A stretch of DNA of 55,116 nt, counting the filler, from Bipalium vagum (Eukaryota), in the NCBI GenBank assembly GCA_037834085.1. It is 3 parts of 3 records of this genome, joined end to end, with 100 filler letters (N's around TTAATTAATTAA, not from the genome) between each part and the next. Parts side by side here need not be neighbours in the genome. Positions count along the whole stretch, not along the records: positions 1 to 20,224 come from JBBMKC010257478.1; 2 more parts are not named here. One strand, given 5' to 3'. This document shows positions 1 through 15,300 of the stretch, one piece after another. The translations under genes and the position numbers were made by a program. The notes beneath the pieces are model-generated. The model was given only the letters and a program-made list of their open reading frames with translations. It did not search any database and was not told the origin of the DNA. How positions within the stretch are numbered: the first letter of the stretch is position 1; the number at the start of each line of letters is the position of its first letter.

Positions 1-67
<67 letters not shown>
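1..67. repeat. (TTA)n microsatellite
   Basis: Perfect TAT/TTA trinucleotide run at the window start. Confidence 0.98.
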
Positions 68-393
68 CTTTTATTATTTATTTTTAATTTTTAAATTAAA
101 ATATATTTCCCATAGGTTTTCATATTTCAAATTTTAATTTTTAACTTAACTTCTAAAATGAAATTTGTACGATAACTTTTAAAAACTAACTTCGCTCAAA
201 AACTCAAGATCATTCATCAGATGATTGCACATTTATCTTTCTTCAAGGAAAATATAAGGTTTCAAATAAATAAATTCAGTGATTTTCCAAATAACTGAAG
301 AGTTCAGATAATTCGCAAGAAGATAGAAAGACAAGAGACCACAAAGTTTGTCACATATGATGAAAATAACACTTCCTCAAAATCTATACTTAC

Positions 394-3300
394 TTCATTT
401 GGTATGCTTTGGGATTCTGACGATAATACGTTTTGATTCTTGTTACTGATCGAGAGGGAAGAATCCAGAATATTCAGATCAGAATGAAGGGTTCCCAGCC
501 GATGATCATTGATGGAGAAGTAACCAGAGGATTTGGTAGTACTAACAGCCGTTCTTCCGAGTTCTATGAACTCACAGTTTTCATTCACCTATTTATTATG
601 GATTAAATTTCGTATTTTATGAAAAGAACGAACTTTGTCTATTGTATCCTTTTCTTCTGAAAGAGAGTCTTGTATTTCTTTTATTCGCTTTATAATTACC
701 TTAAGTTCTTGAAGACTTGTGTATTTCTAGAATAATCTTTAAATCAAAAATACTTAATATTGACCATATTTCTATTTCTGGTAATGTAATATTGGTAATT
801 TCACAGAATAAAAGATTCAGTTCATGAAGACTAGAAAGACAGTAGAAAGAAAGTTCGAGAAATTGGACGAATTCAAAATAAGGATATGATTTTGATATTA
901 ATATTTTTTTCCTGTAAGGTGTTCGATAGGTCACCTCACAATTTTAACCTTTTGTAAGTGTGAGATAAACAAAACTGAAAATCGATTTTTGCGTATTTAC
1001 ATTCCAAAAAACAAAGTTTACAATGTAACATATATATCGACAAAACGATGTTCATTTTGTCAATATATAGAATAAAACTAGAAATAGAGTTTTCCACAAC
1101 TCTGCCAGTAATCTATTCATTTATTTCATGGAAGTTGTCAGATAACGAAACCCAACATGGTGCTGGTTGCATGAATCATCATGACTGCATTTCACAAAGT
1201 CATGAAAATCCCTAGAAATCACATGAAATGCACCAAAATGCACTGTTTAGATGGTAATCTGCTTTAAAAATTTACTTTTAAGTTAACACTGTGAAAATAG
1301 AAGATTATTAACTAATACAGAACTTTAAAGAACAATGTTGAGGACTCATATTTTCAAAAAAATGACACACCTATTAATACATATGAGCATAACAATGCTT
1401 AAGTTTCTTATTAAAAATTTTCTCAAAGACGGATTAATCGTGAAGGTTGGACTAGTTGAACATAAAGGAACTCAGATCCTACCTATTGAACTTTTTCCTC
1501 TAGGAGCTTAGTAAGAGGAAGCATACAAAATGATGATTTTTTCATTTTTGTTTCAGTGATTCCGTGGAATGCGGAATGCAATAACTTTCTTTGAAAAAGA
1601 ACTTCCATTATGAAACTTTATGTTTGGAAAATAATGGCCTTCAGATAAAAATCTAAATTCTGTAACCAATCAAATTTTGAATAATACTTTTGCTTAATAC
1701 TTATACAATAACAATGAGTTTTAAACTGATCCAGACAATATCACTGTAAAAGTATCTTATAATAAACTTGTTAAAGATGTTCTTTGTCATACAAAATATA
1801 ATAAACTTAAAATTAGCTCAAAAAAGTAATCTAGGCCTCTCATTGAACAGTTCAATACCCTGACAACATTTGCTAAAAAGTTAACTACTGAGAAGACCCT
1901 GTTTATGTATTGCATTCTATAAGTTGAAAACAAGAATTAATCTTTCGTACAATTTTCTTAAGACATGTTTTATCCCTTTAAATTAGAGTGGTAAAATCTA
2001 GAAATTTTAGTTGATCATTTTCTGTTTTCCTTGTGTCTTGGATTTGGTCCTTTTTATAATTTCTTTTAATTAATTTTAGTGTCTTTCGGAGAACCGACTT
2101 CTAGATGACAGTCATTGAGCAAATTTACCATCAAAACTGAGGTTTCAAAAAAATGTTTCATTCTGCAACATTGACATACACACAGTGTGTCAATGAAGTA
2201 ATAAGACTGTTCACATACACGATAAAGTTTGGATCTTTAGCTATTGTGTAATAAAAATTTTATCAGTAACCAGAGGTATGCCTTTTTTAACATAATAACT
2301 TTTTTTCTCATGTCGAAAATTACAGATGGAACAAAGAACAGCTATAAAATTTAATGCCAAACTGTGAAAATTTTAAACATTCCAACTGATGCATCAAGCT
2401 TACGATGATCTATGTCGAAACAGGTCCAATGTTTTGTTATGGCATAAACGTTTTTTGAAAGGCAGAGATTCGATGGAAGATAATGAAAGTGCAGGAAGAC
2501 CCGAAACACCAGAAATGATTGAAAAAGTTTCACATGTTGTGACAAACAATCGATATGCGTCACTGCGTATGATGGAAGAGGCTTTAAAGGTCAATAAAGA
2601 AATAATCAGGGCAATTGTACACAAAGATTGAAAAACAGGAAAGTGTATGAGCTAAATTTGTACTACACTCATTAACAGACGAACAAAAATCCAGTAGAAT
2701 TGTACATTTTACAGACGTCATTTCAACTTATAGAAATGATGTAAATTTCCTGAAATCAACTGTAACTGGAGATGAAAATGGTCCTTTCAATATGACCCAA
2801 AAACCATAAGACGAAGTGCAGAATGGAAGACAAAGAGCTCACCATAATCAAAAAAATTGAGAAAAGTTCCATCAAAAACCAAAACAATGCTCAGCCCTTT
2901 TTTCGATTGTAAAGTTATTATCCACAAAGAATATGTTCCATCTGGACAAACTATCACAGGCGAATATTTTAAAAACATTTTGATGGCCAGAATTCATCGT
3001 ATTCTAAACAGTTGGTTTTGTTACACTATAATGCACCAAGCCATATTACTAATCATTGTTTCTCCGTTTTTAGCAAAAACAATCTCTGTGTTGCATCATC
3101 AACCGTATTCGCCTGATTTAGCGCTTTGCGATTTCTTCTTATTCCCGAAAATCAAAATGAAGTTAAAAGGATGTTATTTTGATGATGTTCCAATTATACA
3201 AACAGTATGGTCTCGCATTTTGGAAGAAACCCACAACATGAGCTAAAAGCGGCATCCCAGTTCTTATTGAATCGGCATAACCGGTGTATTGAAGACAGGG

Positions 3301-6300
3301 ATAACTGTTTTAAATAAATAAAATCTTTATATATTATTGTTTTCTTTTGATTTTACAAACAGTCTAAAAACTTATTTGACACATTTCGTATTTTGTTGAT
3401 TTTTAATATTGTCATTAAAATACTGGATGAATCAAAACACCCACAACAATCCTTAGCCATTCATTATATCTTTTACATTATTAAAATTATCTACAACAAA
3501 GCTGTTTTCTTTGAGTCTTGGAACTTTATGATTTATATTTGAAATGAAAAAGACTACGAGAAATTACCTTAGTACACAATTCGCTCAAGCAGAATTCCAT
3601 ATAATAACAGACCCTTGCTGAATAAATTGCCAATTCAGATTTCCGGTCTGCCGACTGACACTCACTTTCACCATTGTTAGCAGTCTTAAAGTTGGATATA
3701 GCGTTGATGAAGGTGGACATTTGATCATTATATATTTGGCAATGTAGGGACACAGAGTGCATATAGTTCTCTTTCGAATCATCAATTCCAGAAAAGTTGG
3801 CAATGTTTTGAACACATTTTGCTACCTATTTTTAATCGATGAGTTAAGCAATTTTTTAAAATTTAATTATTCAATTTTTTGAAATAAAAAAATGATAATT
3901 GAAATCCTCAGAGATCCTTAAAGATAAAAAGATAACGATTCATAAACTTATAAGAAATACTCATTATACTAGGGTTTGTGATAAAAATTATATATTTATT
4001 TTATCTTCAACAATACACTTCTCTTCAAGATAAAGTCTATTAGCGACAATGATTTTACTCTAATGACTTGCTAGTATTCCTATCTGGTAAAAGTTCCAAT
4101 TTCTTTATTTAGATTTGAAAAACCTTTTCCAGGCGACCTCAATTTCAGCTCCAGATTGAAGTCTGTGTCCTCTGAGGAAATGTTGCATAGATCAAATTAA
4201 TCCATAATCAGAGGATGCAGCATCAGAACTGTAGGCAGGATGAGGCAAGATCTCAACTTCCAGGTTTTCCAATTTTTCTATGGTTATCCCAACAGGGTGT
4301 TGTTTGGTATTATCCTGGTGAAATAATGCCCGTAGGAGGAAAGAATACTTCAGCTTAATTGCATTATAAACAAAATCAAGCTGCTAGCAATAAAGCTATG
4401 TATTTATGGCTTTACAATTTGGAACCAGTTCATAATGAAGAATTCCTTCAAGATTCCATCAGAAACACAGCAAGAACTTTTTGACAAACTTGGATTGACC
4501 TGCGGATATTGGCTTCTTGAAACCAACTGTTTTTCTCGGTTATGACTGACTAAGTATATTCATTTTTCATATATGTAACAATACGCCTCAAAAAGTGATC
4601 ATCTAGCGGGTTCCCAAGCAGTTCTTTTGCACACATCAACTATATTCATCGCTTACATCACATTTAGATAGTGTGGATCTTGTCGTGATTTTTTGTAAGT
4701 AAATGTCTCAGGACAGTTTTTTGATGTACACCAACATTTACAGCCAAATCGCGTAAATTTAAAGAAGATATAATCAGTTCATCATCCACTACCAGTGAAA
4801 GTTGATCTAAACGTGGCTTGTCTTCTGGGTTCAAATTTAAATTATTTAAGGGTTTGAACCACTTACCAGCAGTCCTCTAAGCAATAATTCCTTCACCTCA
4901 AACTCACAAATCTCCTTACAAGCATCCATCATCCTAAAGCCTATTTTTTAATAGTGGCACAACAACACTTTTATCTCAAATTTTGTAGAAGTTATCTTAA
5001 TGACAAGATTTGAAAAACTATTTATTGATGATTGAAAACTTACAGTCAATATTTCAATATTTAAACAAATGAAAAATTTCTACATAAATAAAATTATACA
5101 TTTTAAACATAAATTGTCCCTATTAAATTTTAAAAATAACGGTAAAACCCTATTGAAGTTAGTAGATGAATATCCTCATATAAATAATTCATTAAAAAAA
5201 TATGACAAATGTATTATGAAAAAAAGCTTGAGAACATCTAATATTTATTGGTAAAATGAGTATTTGAATTTTTCGACAAAATTACCTTTTTATATTAATA
5301 AAAACAGTAATTGGTAAGAAATAGTATTCTAATTAGTTTAATTAATATGGTTAATTTATTTTTACCTTATTGTTTGTGTTTGGGAACATGAGTTGTTACC
5401 AATGTAAAATTATTATATCATCTTTGGCTTGAAATTCAATTTTTTTAAAGCTATAAAGGATTTATTCGTATCATGAGAATTTTTTATTTTAAAATTATAA
5501 TTTATATTATAAGACAAATAAGTTTAAAATGATAATATAAAAATTATTATAAATACATAATTTAAATATTTGTTATAAATATTTCAATTTAGGTAACATT
5601 AACAATTTCTTGATTTTAAATGTTAAAAAATATCGAGTTTTAATAAAACAATTACACTTTATATTAAATTAAATCAAAATTTTTAAGAAAATAAGAAATT
5701 GAAAATTCTATTGGATAATCTGAAAACTCCTCTCTGTGAATTAAATAAAATATTTGTCTTGGTAATTAATCACTTTATTAATGAAATCTTTCTCGGATAA
5801 GGCATTTGAATATCGAGACTTAATTCAAGTCTTTCCATTTTGTTTATCAGCATCTTGTTGTGATTTTATATCATCAAGGTGCTATTATATTCTTTTCTGT
5901 TGAATTTGAGATATTTTGTACTAAAAATACACGGTGTAAATAAGATTAGTACTCGATTTTAGAGCTCAGCAAAATATATCAAAATTAAATACATATACAT
6001 ATGTATTCAATGTATATTTTCTAAGAAATTATAAAATTTAATGTAACTGTGTAATTGTTTTAATGAGTCGATATTTCCTGATTTAATTGCAGTAAATTAA
6101 TATTTTAATAATTTTCTCCATTGAGGAAAGAGTGTAAACTGTTTTACTGATAGGCAAGATGAAATCGCTCACAGACGGCATATAGAACACTTGATACGGT
6201 GAAAGATTCATACAAACAATGAAGATATTTGAAAAATTAAATATAATTTGGAGTTTTTGTGATCTTTGGAAGTCTGGAAGATAATCAATTGAAGATGAAG

Positions 6301-9300
6301 AAATATGCGAAATAAGTCAGGCTAATAAAGAAACACCTGAGGCATCGTTAAGAAATGCTGTTAAAGAAGACAAATGCAGTTTTAAAGCTGTATACAACGT
6401 AGTATGAAAAGATCTTCAACTTTATTCATGTTACATGACGAAGATTTGCTGAAAGAATTGTAATGTGAAAAATCTTTATTAATGAGATCGACAATAATCA
6501 ATCTTTTCATTGATGAAGTGACATTTTCTTTAAATGAATATGTCAACAAACAAAAGATATTCAATACCTGAAAGGCATTATTCAAATGGATACAGCCAGA
6601 ATATCCCTTGAAATGTGTCAAAATGTTTTGAATGACTTTTTTAATCGCTTACATAAATTTATTAAAGTTAAAGGTCATTTCGTAGAAATATTTATGACCT
6701 ATCAAAAATTTTCAGTCTTCAGTGGAGTATATTTTATGGTATTACATTTCAAAATCGAATACTTCCTTTAAACACACTCTGTATATTTATTTTCAATGTG
6801 ATTGTCTTGAAAATTTTATTTTTCCTTCCAATTTATAAATCATCATCGATATCAATGCTGACTCTAAGAAACAATATTGTTGGTAGCACTCATCAAAGAA
6901 AATGAATGTCAAAAAATGTTATATTTTTCTGAAATCATCGGAAAGTTTTTTAATTTAATAAAAAATAAAAAGAAAATATTATTTTTGTGAAATAATTTCT
7001 TCACACTATCCGGAAAAATAAACAGTACATCTTACCAGAGTTAGAGATCTGTTAACCAGACAGTTTTCAGAGTAATGGGGCATTAATTGAAACAGATAAG
7101 GTGTCATGATTGCAGGACAAACGAGTCGCAAAAAGAAGCAGGCCGAAATGACTTTCTGAGTAAATTCCAAATTGGTTATTCCAAATTGTTTTAGTTTACT
7201 GCGAAGTCGGCTGAATACAGTTTGGACACGGCTGAAACAAGAAAGCTGTGAAACGTTTCGAAAAAATGAATATAAATAAAGAATGATTGCATTTTCATTA
7301 GTATTAAAATAGTATTTTAGTATTTAACCAAAAGAAATTAATTAAAACAATATTTCAGGAATTTTTATTCGAGAAGAATTTCAACAACTTTATGAAAAAG
7401 GACAATATTGAGAAAATAATAAAGAAATAAGTGGTGTTTAAGATAAGTGGAGTAAACATATCAATAAAACTATTGTGATAACGGCTATAGGTTGAAAAGT
7501 ATTAAGTCGTTCAAAAAGTTTTGCACGCTTTTGTTTATATACTCCAAAATTGTAAATAATTCAAATAACTTATTTAAACATTATTAATATATTATGTAGC
7601 ATTCACAAGCTTGTATATTTTTCTCTTTACAGTATTAATATGTTGTGCTTTTAAATTAAAATTTGAGTATCCTTTTCCCATTTTAATGTAGGATCTCGTG
7701 TCGTGATTTGCACAAAGTTTATTTTTGAGTCTCAACAAGGTACAAAAGTAGTTGAAACTGCTAGAAAAATTAATGAACTTTGTGGCCATGGTCAGTCAAC
7801 AGGACGACGTTGGTACCAGAAGTTCCGTAATGGACATTTATCCCTGAAGATGTGAAATGCATTGGCCGTCCTTCCAAACTTGATGAAGAGGATACGTGAA
7901 CAACAATAAGAAAATTTGCCAAAGGTCCAGATGTCCGTAATGGAACCGTTTCCAGTCATATGAGCAAAATAGGTAAGAAAAAGAAGCTGGACACGTGAGT
8001 GCCACATGAGCTAATCATAAAAAACAAAGGGAAGCGCTATACGATATGCTTGGAACTCATTTTGAGAATTAAAAACGAGTCATTTCTTCATCGTGTGATT
8101 ACCTGTAATGAAAAATGGTTGCTATATAAAAATATTAAACATTCATTATATTGGTTAGACATTTGTGAATGTCCCAAGTCCTTCCCAAAACCAAGTCAAT
8201 AGTTGTTCTGGCACAAATTATTGGGTTAACCAAAGGCACCGAACGAGTATAGTAAAAGTAAATGGAATACAAAGGGTTCAATCATTAGCAATAATTAATA
8301 ATAATGTTATTAAACGGTTATTATATAAGACAAAATCAATAATATTTGTTTATATTTATTTGTTGTCCTATTTAGAAATTTTCATGAACTTTAAAATTTT
8401 ATTTCTGCACGATTCAAAGTGTTTTATCCACACAACACACCATAACAATGATGTTAAAACATAGAAAATAAAATAAGCATTATTTAGTAATAATATATAT
8501 TGAATAGTCTATAAAACTAACTATGGAACAGTATCGACACTGGTGAATATTTTCGTTAAAACGCTACCAACAACGTTTTCAAGTTTTTTGATTCTCTTCT
8601 TGATAGCCGACGCCGATATTGGTTCATTTCGTTTCATCAATTGAAAATGATCAATCTCCAGATCTTTCTGGTGGATCACTATGTCACTGATGGTATTCTG
8701 GAGAATACTTTGCAAATACTAATTTTAAAAGAAAAAGGAATGACCATTAAAGCTAAACATTTCAGGTAAATTACCATTTGACATTCCAATTTTAAGAAGC
8801 ATTCAACGGACTTAGATGCCATAGTGTTCCCTCGCAGAATAAGGTTTATGTCTGGATAAAATTAAACTTAAAAAATTCATTTATCCATTCACTTTAAAAA
8901 AATAAATAAATAAACATATGGCATGAAAAGTTTTACGGGCAACATTCTTAGAACAATATATGATTCTAAATGTCCCCAAGATGTATTATTTCACTATTTC
9001 ATGAGAACACGCTCCAAATTTAGTATGTCATTCAGAATTGAACCCTTTGAAATTGATATCTTGATTTAATTAAAAGAAAAGACAATTATGTCTCATAGTT
9101 GAAATTACAATCCAGAAATTTTTAAGCCTTACAAATAATTTTGACGGTATAAATCGTAGAAAAGGATGATTTACAGAAGAAAATTGTTTTCTTTTATGAC
9201 AATTTCATTGGTTTGACACGGGATAATCTTGAATTTCTGTAACTTCTATCTCTTAGAAACCCTTAAACAATTCTTCTCTGGATAGAATTTGTCTTTCAAT

Positions 9301-12300
9301 GAAGAAGTTACAGTCATAAACGACTACTTTATGCAACTAAGATTTGGAATAAAATCAGTGGGATAATAAGCAACTCTTGAGTTTCAGAGGAATTTTTCAC
9401 AAACTTCTTTAAACGACAACCAGACTATTTTATGTCTTCAGTCATTATTTTAACAAAGTTCTTATCGCGAAACAGTTTTCGTATATCATAGCTCACAAAT
9501 TAATTCCCCATTCTGCTTGAAAGGTGGAAGAAGGAACTAATTTTCCCTCTATGCCTGACTTGCTCAATTAATTACTACCAGATTGAAAGCTGATTTTTTA
9601 AAATAATAACAAGTCTTTTGTGTGGCATGCCCTCTACAAGATTCTAAAAGGTTAAAGGATACTCTAGTAGACCCGGTCTACTTTAATTGAGGTCAATCCC
9701 AAGTAATACTTTTTTACTTGGTGTTATTAAGTCATCTAATTTGTAGTGATTCGTATAAGCATCATATCGAATTAATTTCATCTCTATGTGGATTCTAAGA
9801 TTCTCCATTTTTCACTGGGTGATTGCAATTAATTGATTTTAAGTATTTACAGAGTCATCGAAATATATTGGAATAAACAGCTATAAAGTGCATCAGGCTT
9901 ATATCAAGACATTCTATTTTTGCTTTAATGGCAACTTCTGAGTTTATATTGATTTTTAAATAGTTTTCTTTGTTATTTATCGATTCAATAAAGTAATACA
10001 TTTCTGAATTCTATATTTGCTTCGCGAACCAAGCAATTATATTTTTGAATTCATATAAATTACGCGCTTGGCTAATATTTAAAATATTAAAAAGATGCAT
10101 ATTTTCTTAGTTTACAAATTGCCTTTTATTTCAAAAACCAATCGTTGCCTTATTTAGTAGATAAGAATGTTTCTGAATACCATCTCAGCAGTAAAACCAA
10201 ATACAAAAATCTGCTCATAATATAACTGCTTATAATACTATTATATTTATTATCATTATATTATCAATAGATTTTACCAGAAGATTGGGCCTCCTTTAAA
10301 ATCAATTCTGATAAAAATTCCACCACCCAATTCTCAATAGTCGAGAGTTGTATCATTGGTAAAAGAAGCAATTCTCGATATTTCGCCTTAATTTCAGACT
10401 CCATTTCTCTTAGGATATTCAGACCGTTTAATTTTATGAATTCAATGAACTCCGTGTAATATTCAGGATTCATGACTTTTAATGAGAAATATTTTGATTT
10501 TACACGAAAAACTGGAGAGGATTCCATTATTTGACTTTGCATTTTTTGATGATTAGCTGGGAGATCAATGACATCACACGTAGCAGAAAAGCTTAGATTG
10601 TGGGTGAGCTTCGGCGTCAATTTTAAGATGCAGACAGAGGGGAAGTACCATTTCTCCGTTAGACAGTGTCTGCTTATACTATCTATTGGAATATTGACAT
10701 GACCTATCATCAATTGGTGTACCGTTTTATATTATAATAGATAATTCAAGATATCTTACATACTATATGAGGGACCTTATATCTATCCTTTAATCGAGGC
10801 AAGCGCCATAAGATAATGGAAACCACTTCAATTTCTGAAGAACTTCTGAAAAAACATGCGGGTAATTATATTCCCACCAACTAAAGAAATATACGTTAAT
10901 TCAAACTCTTCCCCCCAAAACAAAAATTCTTTCATTTCTTTGACACCCGTTCGAGCATAAATGAGATCGTCCAGAAATATTTCACAATAATATCTAAAGA
11001 GTGTGTCTTGTTTAATAAACATTCAAGGTATACAATACTTGGTCTTTTGTGTTAAATTTCGCAGTTCTTGGATTCCAATGCTAAGCATATTCTCCTCGAA
11101 ATTTGCTGATGTCGTAGAATTGTAAATAGTGGATCTTATTCTTAAGAAAATATTGAAAATGAAAAATAAATTTTAATAAAAATTGAAAATTTTACTGATT
11201 TTTTATTACCGGTAAACCAAAAGATAAAAAAAGTATGACATTAGATCAATATTGATGATCAGGTCAATAAAATATAAAGTAACATTTCCCTTTTTTATTA
11301 TTTTATTAAATAGATCTCTGTTAAGATCAAATAAATGCCATAAATTTATATGACAGTTTTGGACACGTTCCAGACTCGCATAGGTTATCACATTTTTAAA
11401 ATATAAAAGAAACGTAATAACATTAAACTGTGCAAGATGTTAATGGAACAATAAAATATTGTCGAAAAAATAAAGAAAATATTATTATTTTGTCAAGTTG
11501 CAATGATTTTTGTGATTGTCCACAATAAAAATATAATTGATTAAAACAATTTTTCATACATTCTCCAAGAATGCTTCCATTAAAATGATTTTCAATCAGC
11601 ATTAGCGATAAGAATTGTGATAAAAGAACCAGCGACTAATTAAACTTATTTGAACAATCGATATAATCTAAAATCAATGATAATGTCAAGTAATTTATGT
11701 TTAATTATTTGTTTATATGGTTCAAAAATTATTAATGAATTCCTAAATGAAAAGAATGTGGATAATAAATAAAACTGAATGTTTCGAACTAGGTTCTTTA
11801 TTCACAGATCTCTGAGGATATCCTTCAAAGATTTGTAATACTCAATGGTAATTATTATTGTTTTAATGTTCTGCGAAAATAAGAATAAGAGAATTTCCAA
11901 TTACCTTTTATCTTTCATTTAATATTTTAACCGGTTTTTGAAAAATTTTCTCCCTTACTATAACTGTATTTTTTACTTTATTTTACCGGTAAACTATTCT
12001 TTATACAATTTTAATATTAAAAATCATAAAAAAGATAATATAATAATATTATAACATAATAATATAATAATTATGAGTATTTAAACTGATTTCTAAGTTT
12101 TGAATTTTTATATCGTGACTAATTTAAATTTTTAATTAATTGTAAATTTAATTTTAATATTTATTTAATTTAATTTTAAATATTTATTTTAAAATAAATT
12201 TTTAATGGCACAATATATTAAATTATTAAGAATGGAAAATTTGTTTAAGTATTATTGTTTTAAAAACCATTCAAGAATATATTGTTCAAACCATGACTGA

Positions 12301-15300
12301 TTTTGTTGATATCGCATCTAACAATAATATAATAATATAATAATATAATGATATAATAATAATATAAAATAATATTTCTTGATCCTTTTAAATTATTTAT
12401 CCTTTTTTAAAATAATTTCTTAATCCACGTGTCTGTAAAATTAATAAATAAATTAAGGATTTTTAAAAAATCATTTTTATCTGACAACTAGCAAGAAATA
12501 ATTTCTAAACATTGTCCCTTAGATATGTATTAACTATCCAGTACCAGTTTCGAAATAAAAAATTAATAAAATAAAGGTTTCGACTATGATTATATTTTTA
12601 TTTCTCAATTATCTAAGACTTAATGCTACGCTGGGTATTTAAAGACGTTGTAGACCTCAAGAAATGATTTTTAAAAAAATATTATAGAAATTCACAGAAT
12701 ACAAAAAATACACGACGATGGTTAAGGCATTTTATAGAAATATCGATTACTTGAAAAAATAATATTAAAATAATAATGCACAATAAAGAATGAAAAAAAA
12801 TTCTTCACATTAATTATTGGTTAATGATTTTACTCATTAATTATTAAGTACTGAAAATCATCCATTGTCAGTTATTCCTTTCCATTCCATTCCACTGACT
12901 TTAGAAATTCAATTATCAAAAATATCTATAATAAAAACGTTGAAACAAACTCTTGAATGTGGTAATCTCTTTCTGCTTGACTTGCACAGAAGAAGACAAA
13001 CGATTTCTTTTCACTTGAACCATTAATGACAACAATCTGAAAATATAATATAAAATAAAAAGAAATGAGCTGCTGTTTTAAATTATGCATTCGAGCACAA
13101 ATCAAATATTATCTGGAAGAAAAGGCAGAATATTTGAATTAAATATTATTTTTATATTAATTTTGCTTTGGGAGAGAAATACAGTTTCGAGAAATAAAAA
13201 ACAAAATATAATAATTTCAAAAGCAAAAGTATATTTCATTTCATTTGATGTTCCATTAATTTAATTATTTCCATTGAAGAAAAATATAATTTTAATTCTC
13301 TTCGAATTTTAATGAATTTTTTGAAAATTCTTTCCCGGAGCCCTTTTTAAATTTGATTTAAGAACGTTGGCAAGCAAAATGTCAGTTCACTTTTTAGCTC
13401 AAAAGAATTCAATTATTTCTCAAAGATCATTTTAGCTTAATTCTATCTTTACTTCTCAGAAAATTACTTAATAGAAAATATCAATAATGTTACCATTTTT
13501 GTTTACAGTTTCAATTATTTATGAAGGTTTGAAAAATGAAAAATAATTCTACAATTTCTAAATATTTTCAACTCAAAACTTTGGAAAATCAAAATAAAAA
13601 TAGGTCATAAGTATGAATGTCGGTTTTTATAAATCTTATTTATTTAATGTTATTTGGAAATGAATTTGCTGTTGTTTAAATACATATTATATATCATTTT
13701 AAAGCGTTCAATTTAAATTATATTTCTGCAGTCAATTCATTATTATTTAATTTTAAACAGCGTTAAAATAATATTTTAAAGATAACACGGTAAATAATCA
13801 ATTTATGACATTTTTTATGAGTCTAAAGTGAGACAAAAAGCAGCGGAAGCAATTCGCAAATTCAATTTGAACTTTATATTTTATAAATTTGATTCAAAAA
13901 GTTTCGGGATAAGACCTTCGAGAATAAAGAGGATTTCAAACCAACGACTTCAATCTGACCAACTAAAAGCATTGGTAGAAGCGACGTCATCTACCACAGT
14001 TAAAGACCTTGCAAAAGATTTAGGTTTTACAACTTGAACAATTTCGAATAGTCTGAGAGAAAATAGTAACTAAAAAATGCTCGATAAATGGGTTCCATAG
14101 GACTTAAATAAAAATTTTAAAAATTCGTCGGTTTAGTTGCATCTCAGCGCATTTTGCGCAAAAATAATGATTCTTTTCTCGACCAGATTGTAACCACTAA
14201 TGAAAGTAGATATTGTAAGAGAATCAACAATGGTCAGCTCAATGTTTGGACCATGAACAACCCGCAAACATTTTGTAAAGTCGAAGTTACATCAAAAGAA
14301 ACTGATGGTGACTGTTTGATGGTCTGCATCCAGTTTAATTCATTACAACTTCTTGAATCCGAGTAAAATAATTACGGAAGAAATGTACTATCAGCAACTT
14401 TAAAAAATACACCTAAGCTTTCAACAGCATCATCCAGTATTATTCAATAAAAACGGGACGATTCTGCTCCGAAATACCTCCAGTGATTTCATTTCCTCGA
14501 GAACTCCGGAATTTTAGGTTAGTGGCATAAAAAATCTTGTGTTTCGTTGTAAGATACGTATTTAATTTTGATTAATAAAGTTTTGCTTTACTTGAAATAT
14601 TTACATTAAAAGTTTAAGGTCTAAAATCGAAATTTATTTTTAAATAACCTATAGTGGTATTATCGGGAATTTAAATATCGCTGAATTCTCAAAAACATAA
14701 AATAAAGTAAAATTTAAAAAAAACTATTAAAGATTATTACAAATCATGTCTTTTATTATTTACGTTCAGGGCTAAAAGTACTCAAACTCTACCAGAAATA
14801 TTGAAGATACTTAAAAAAATTTTGCATGTTAAATAATAATCATGTATATTAATGATTGGTTAAAATAATCGAATTTTTGTTTGCACTAGATTAGATCAAA
14901 TCACGAAAAATTATTAAAAATATGGAATATCGCAGTGTGATTCCATTTTAATTTCTCAAGGATCCAGCAAAAAGGGAATCATTAATCTTCTTCAAGGAGT
15001 ATACGGTGAAAAAGCCCCATCTCAGACGGCCATTTTAAACTGGATGCGAGAATTTTTAATGCAACCAGAAAGTGGAAGACCTGTCGAAATTAGTGAAATA
15101 ATGACTATAAAAAAATTGTAAGATGTTGTAAAAAATGAACAAATAATTACACAAACGCAGTTATCTGAGAGGTTAAATATATGTAAAAGAACCGACCGAC
15201 TGCTTCTAAAGAAAATTGGAGAGAACTTTCGGTTAAGATATAATAGTACCAAATGGAGAATTGTGGAATTTTAACGGAATCTCAACCAAATTATATTTCA

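Noticed and set aside
701-934. 77-aa minus ORF as an extra RasGAP exon
   Set aside because: Its available splice phases do not fit the phase-0 flanks and it has no family similarity; only 726-634, in another frame, fits.
11206-11391. 61-aa minus ORF within the RasGAP gene
   Set aside because: Exons 13036-12951 and 11140-11039 join in frame and match the family without it.
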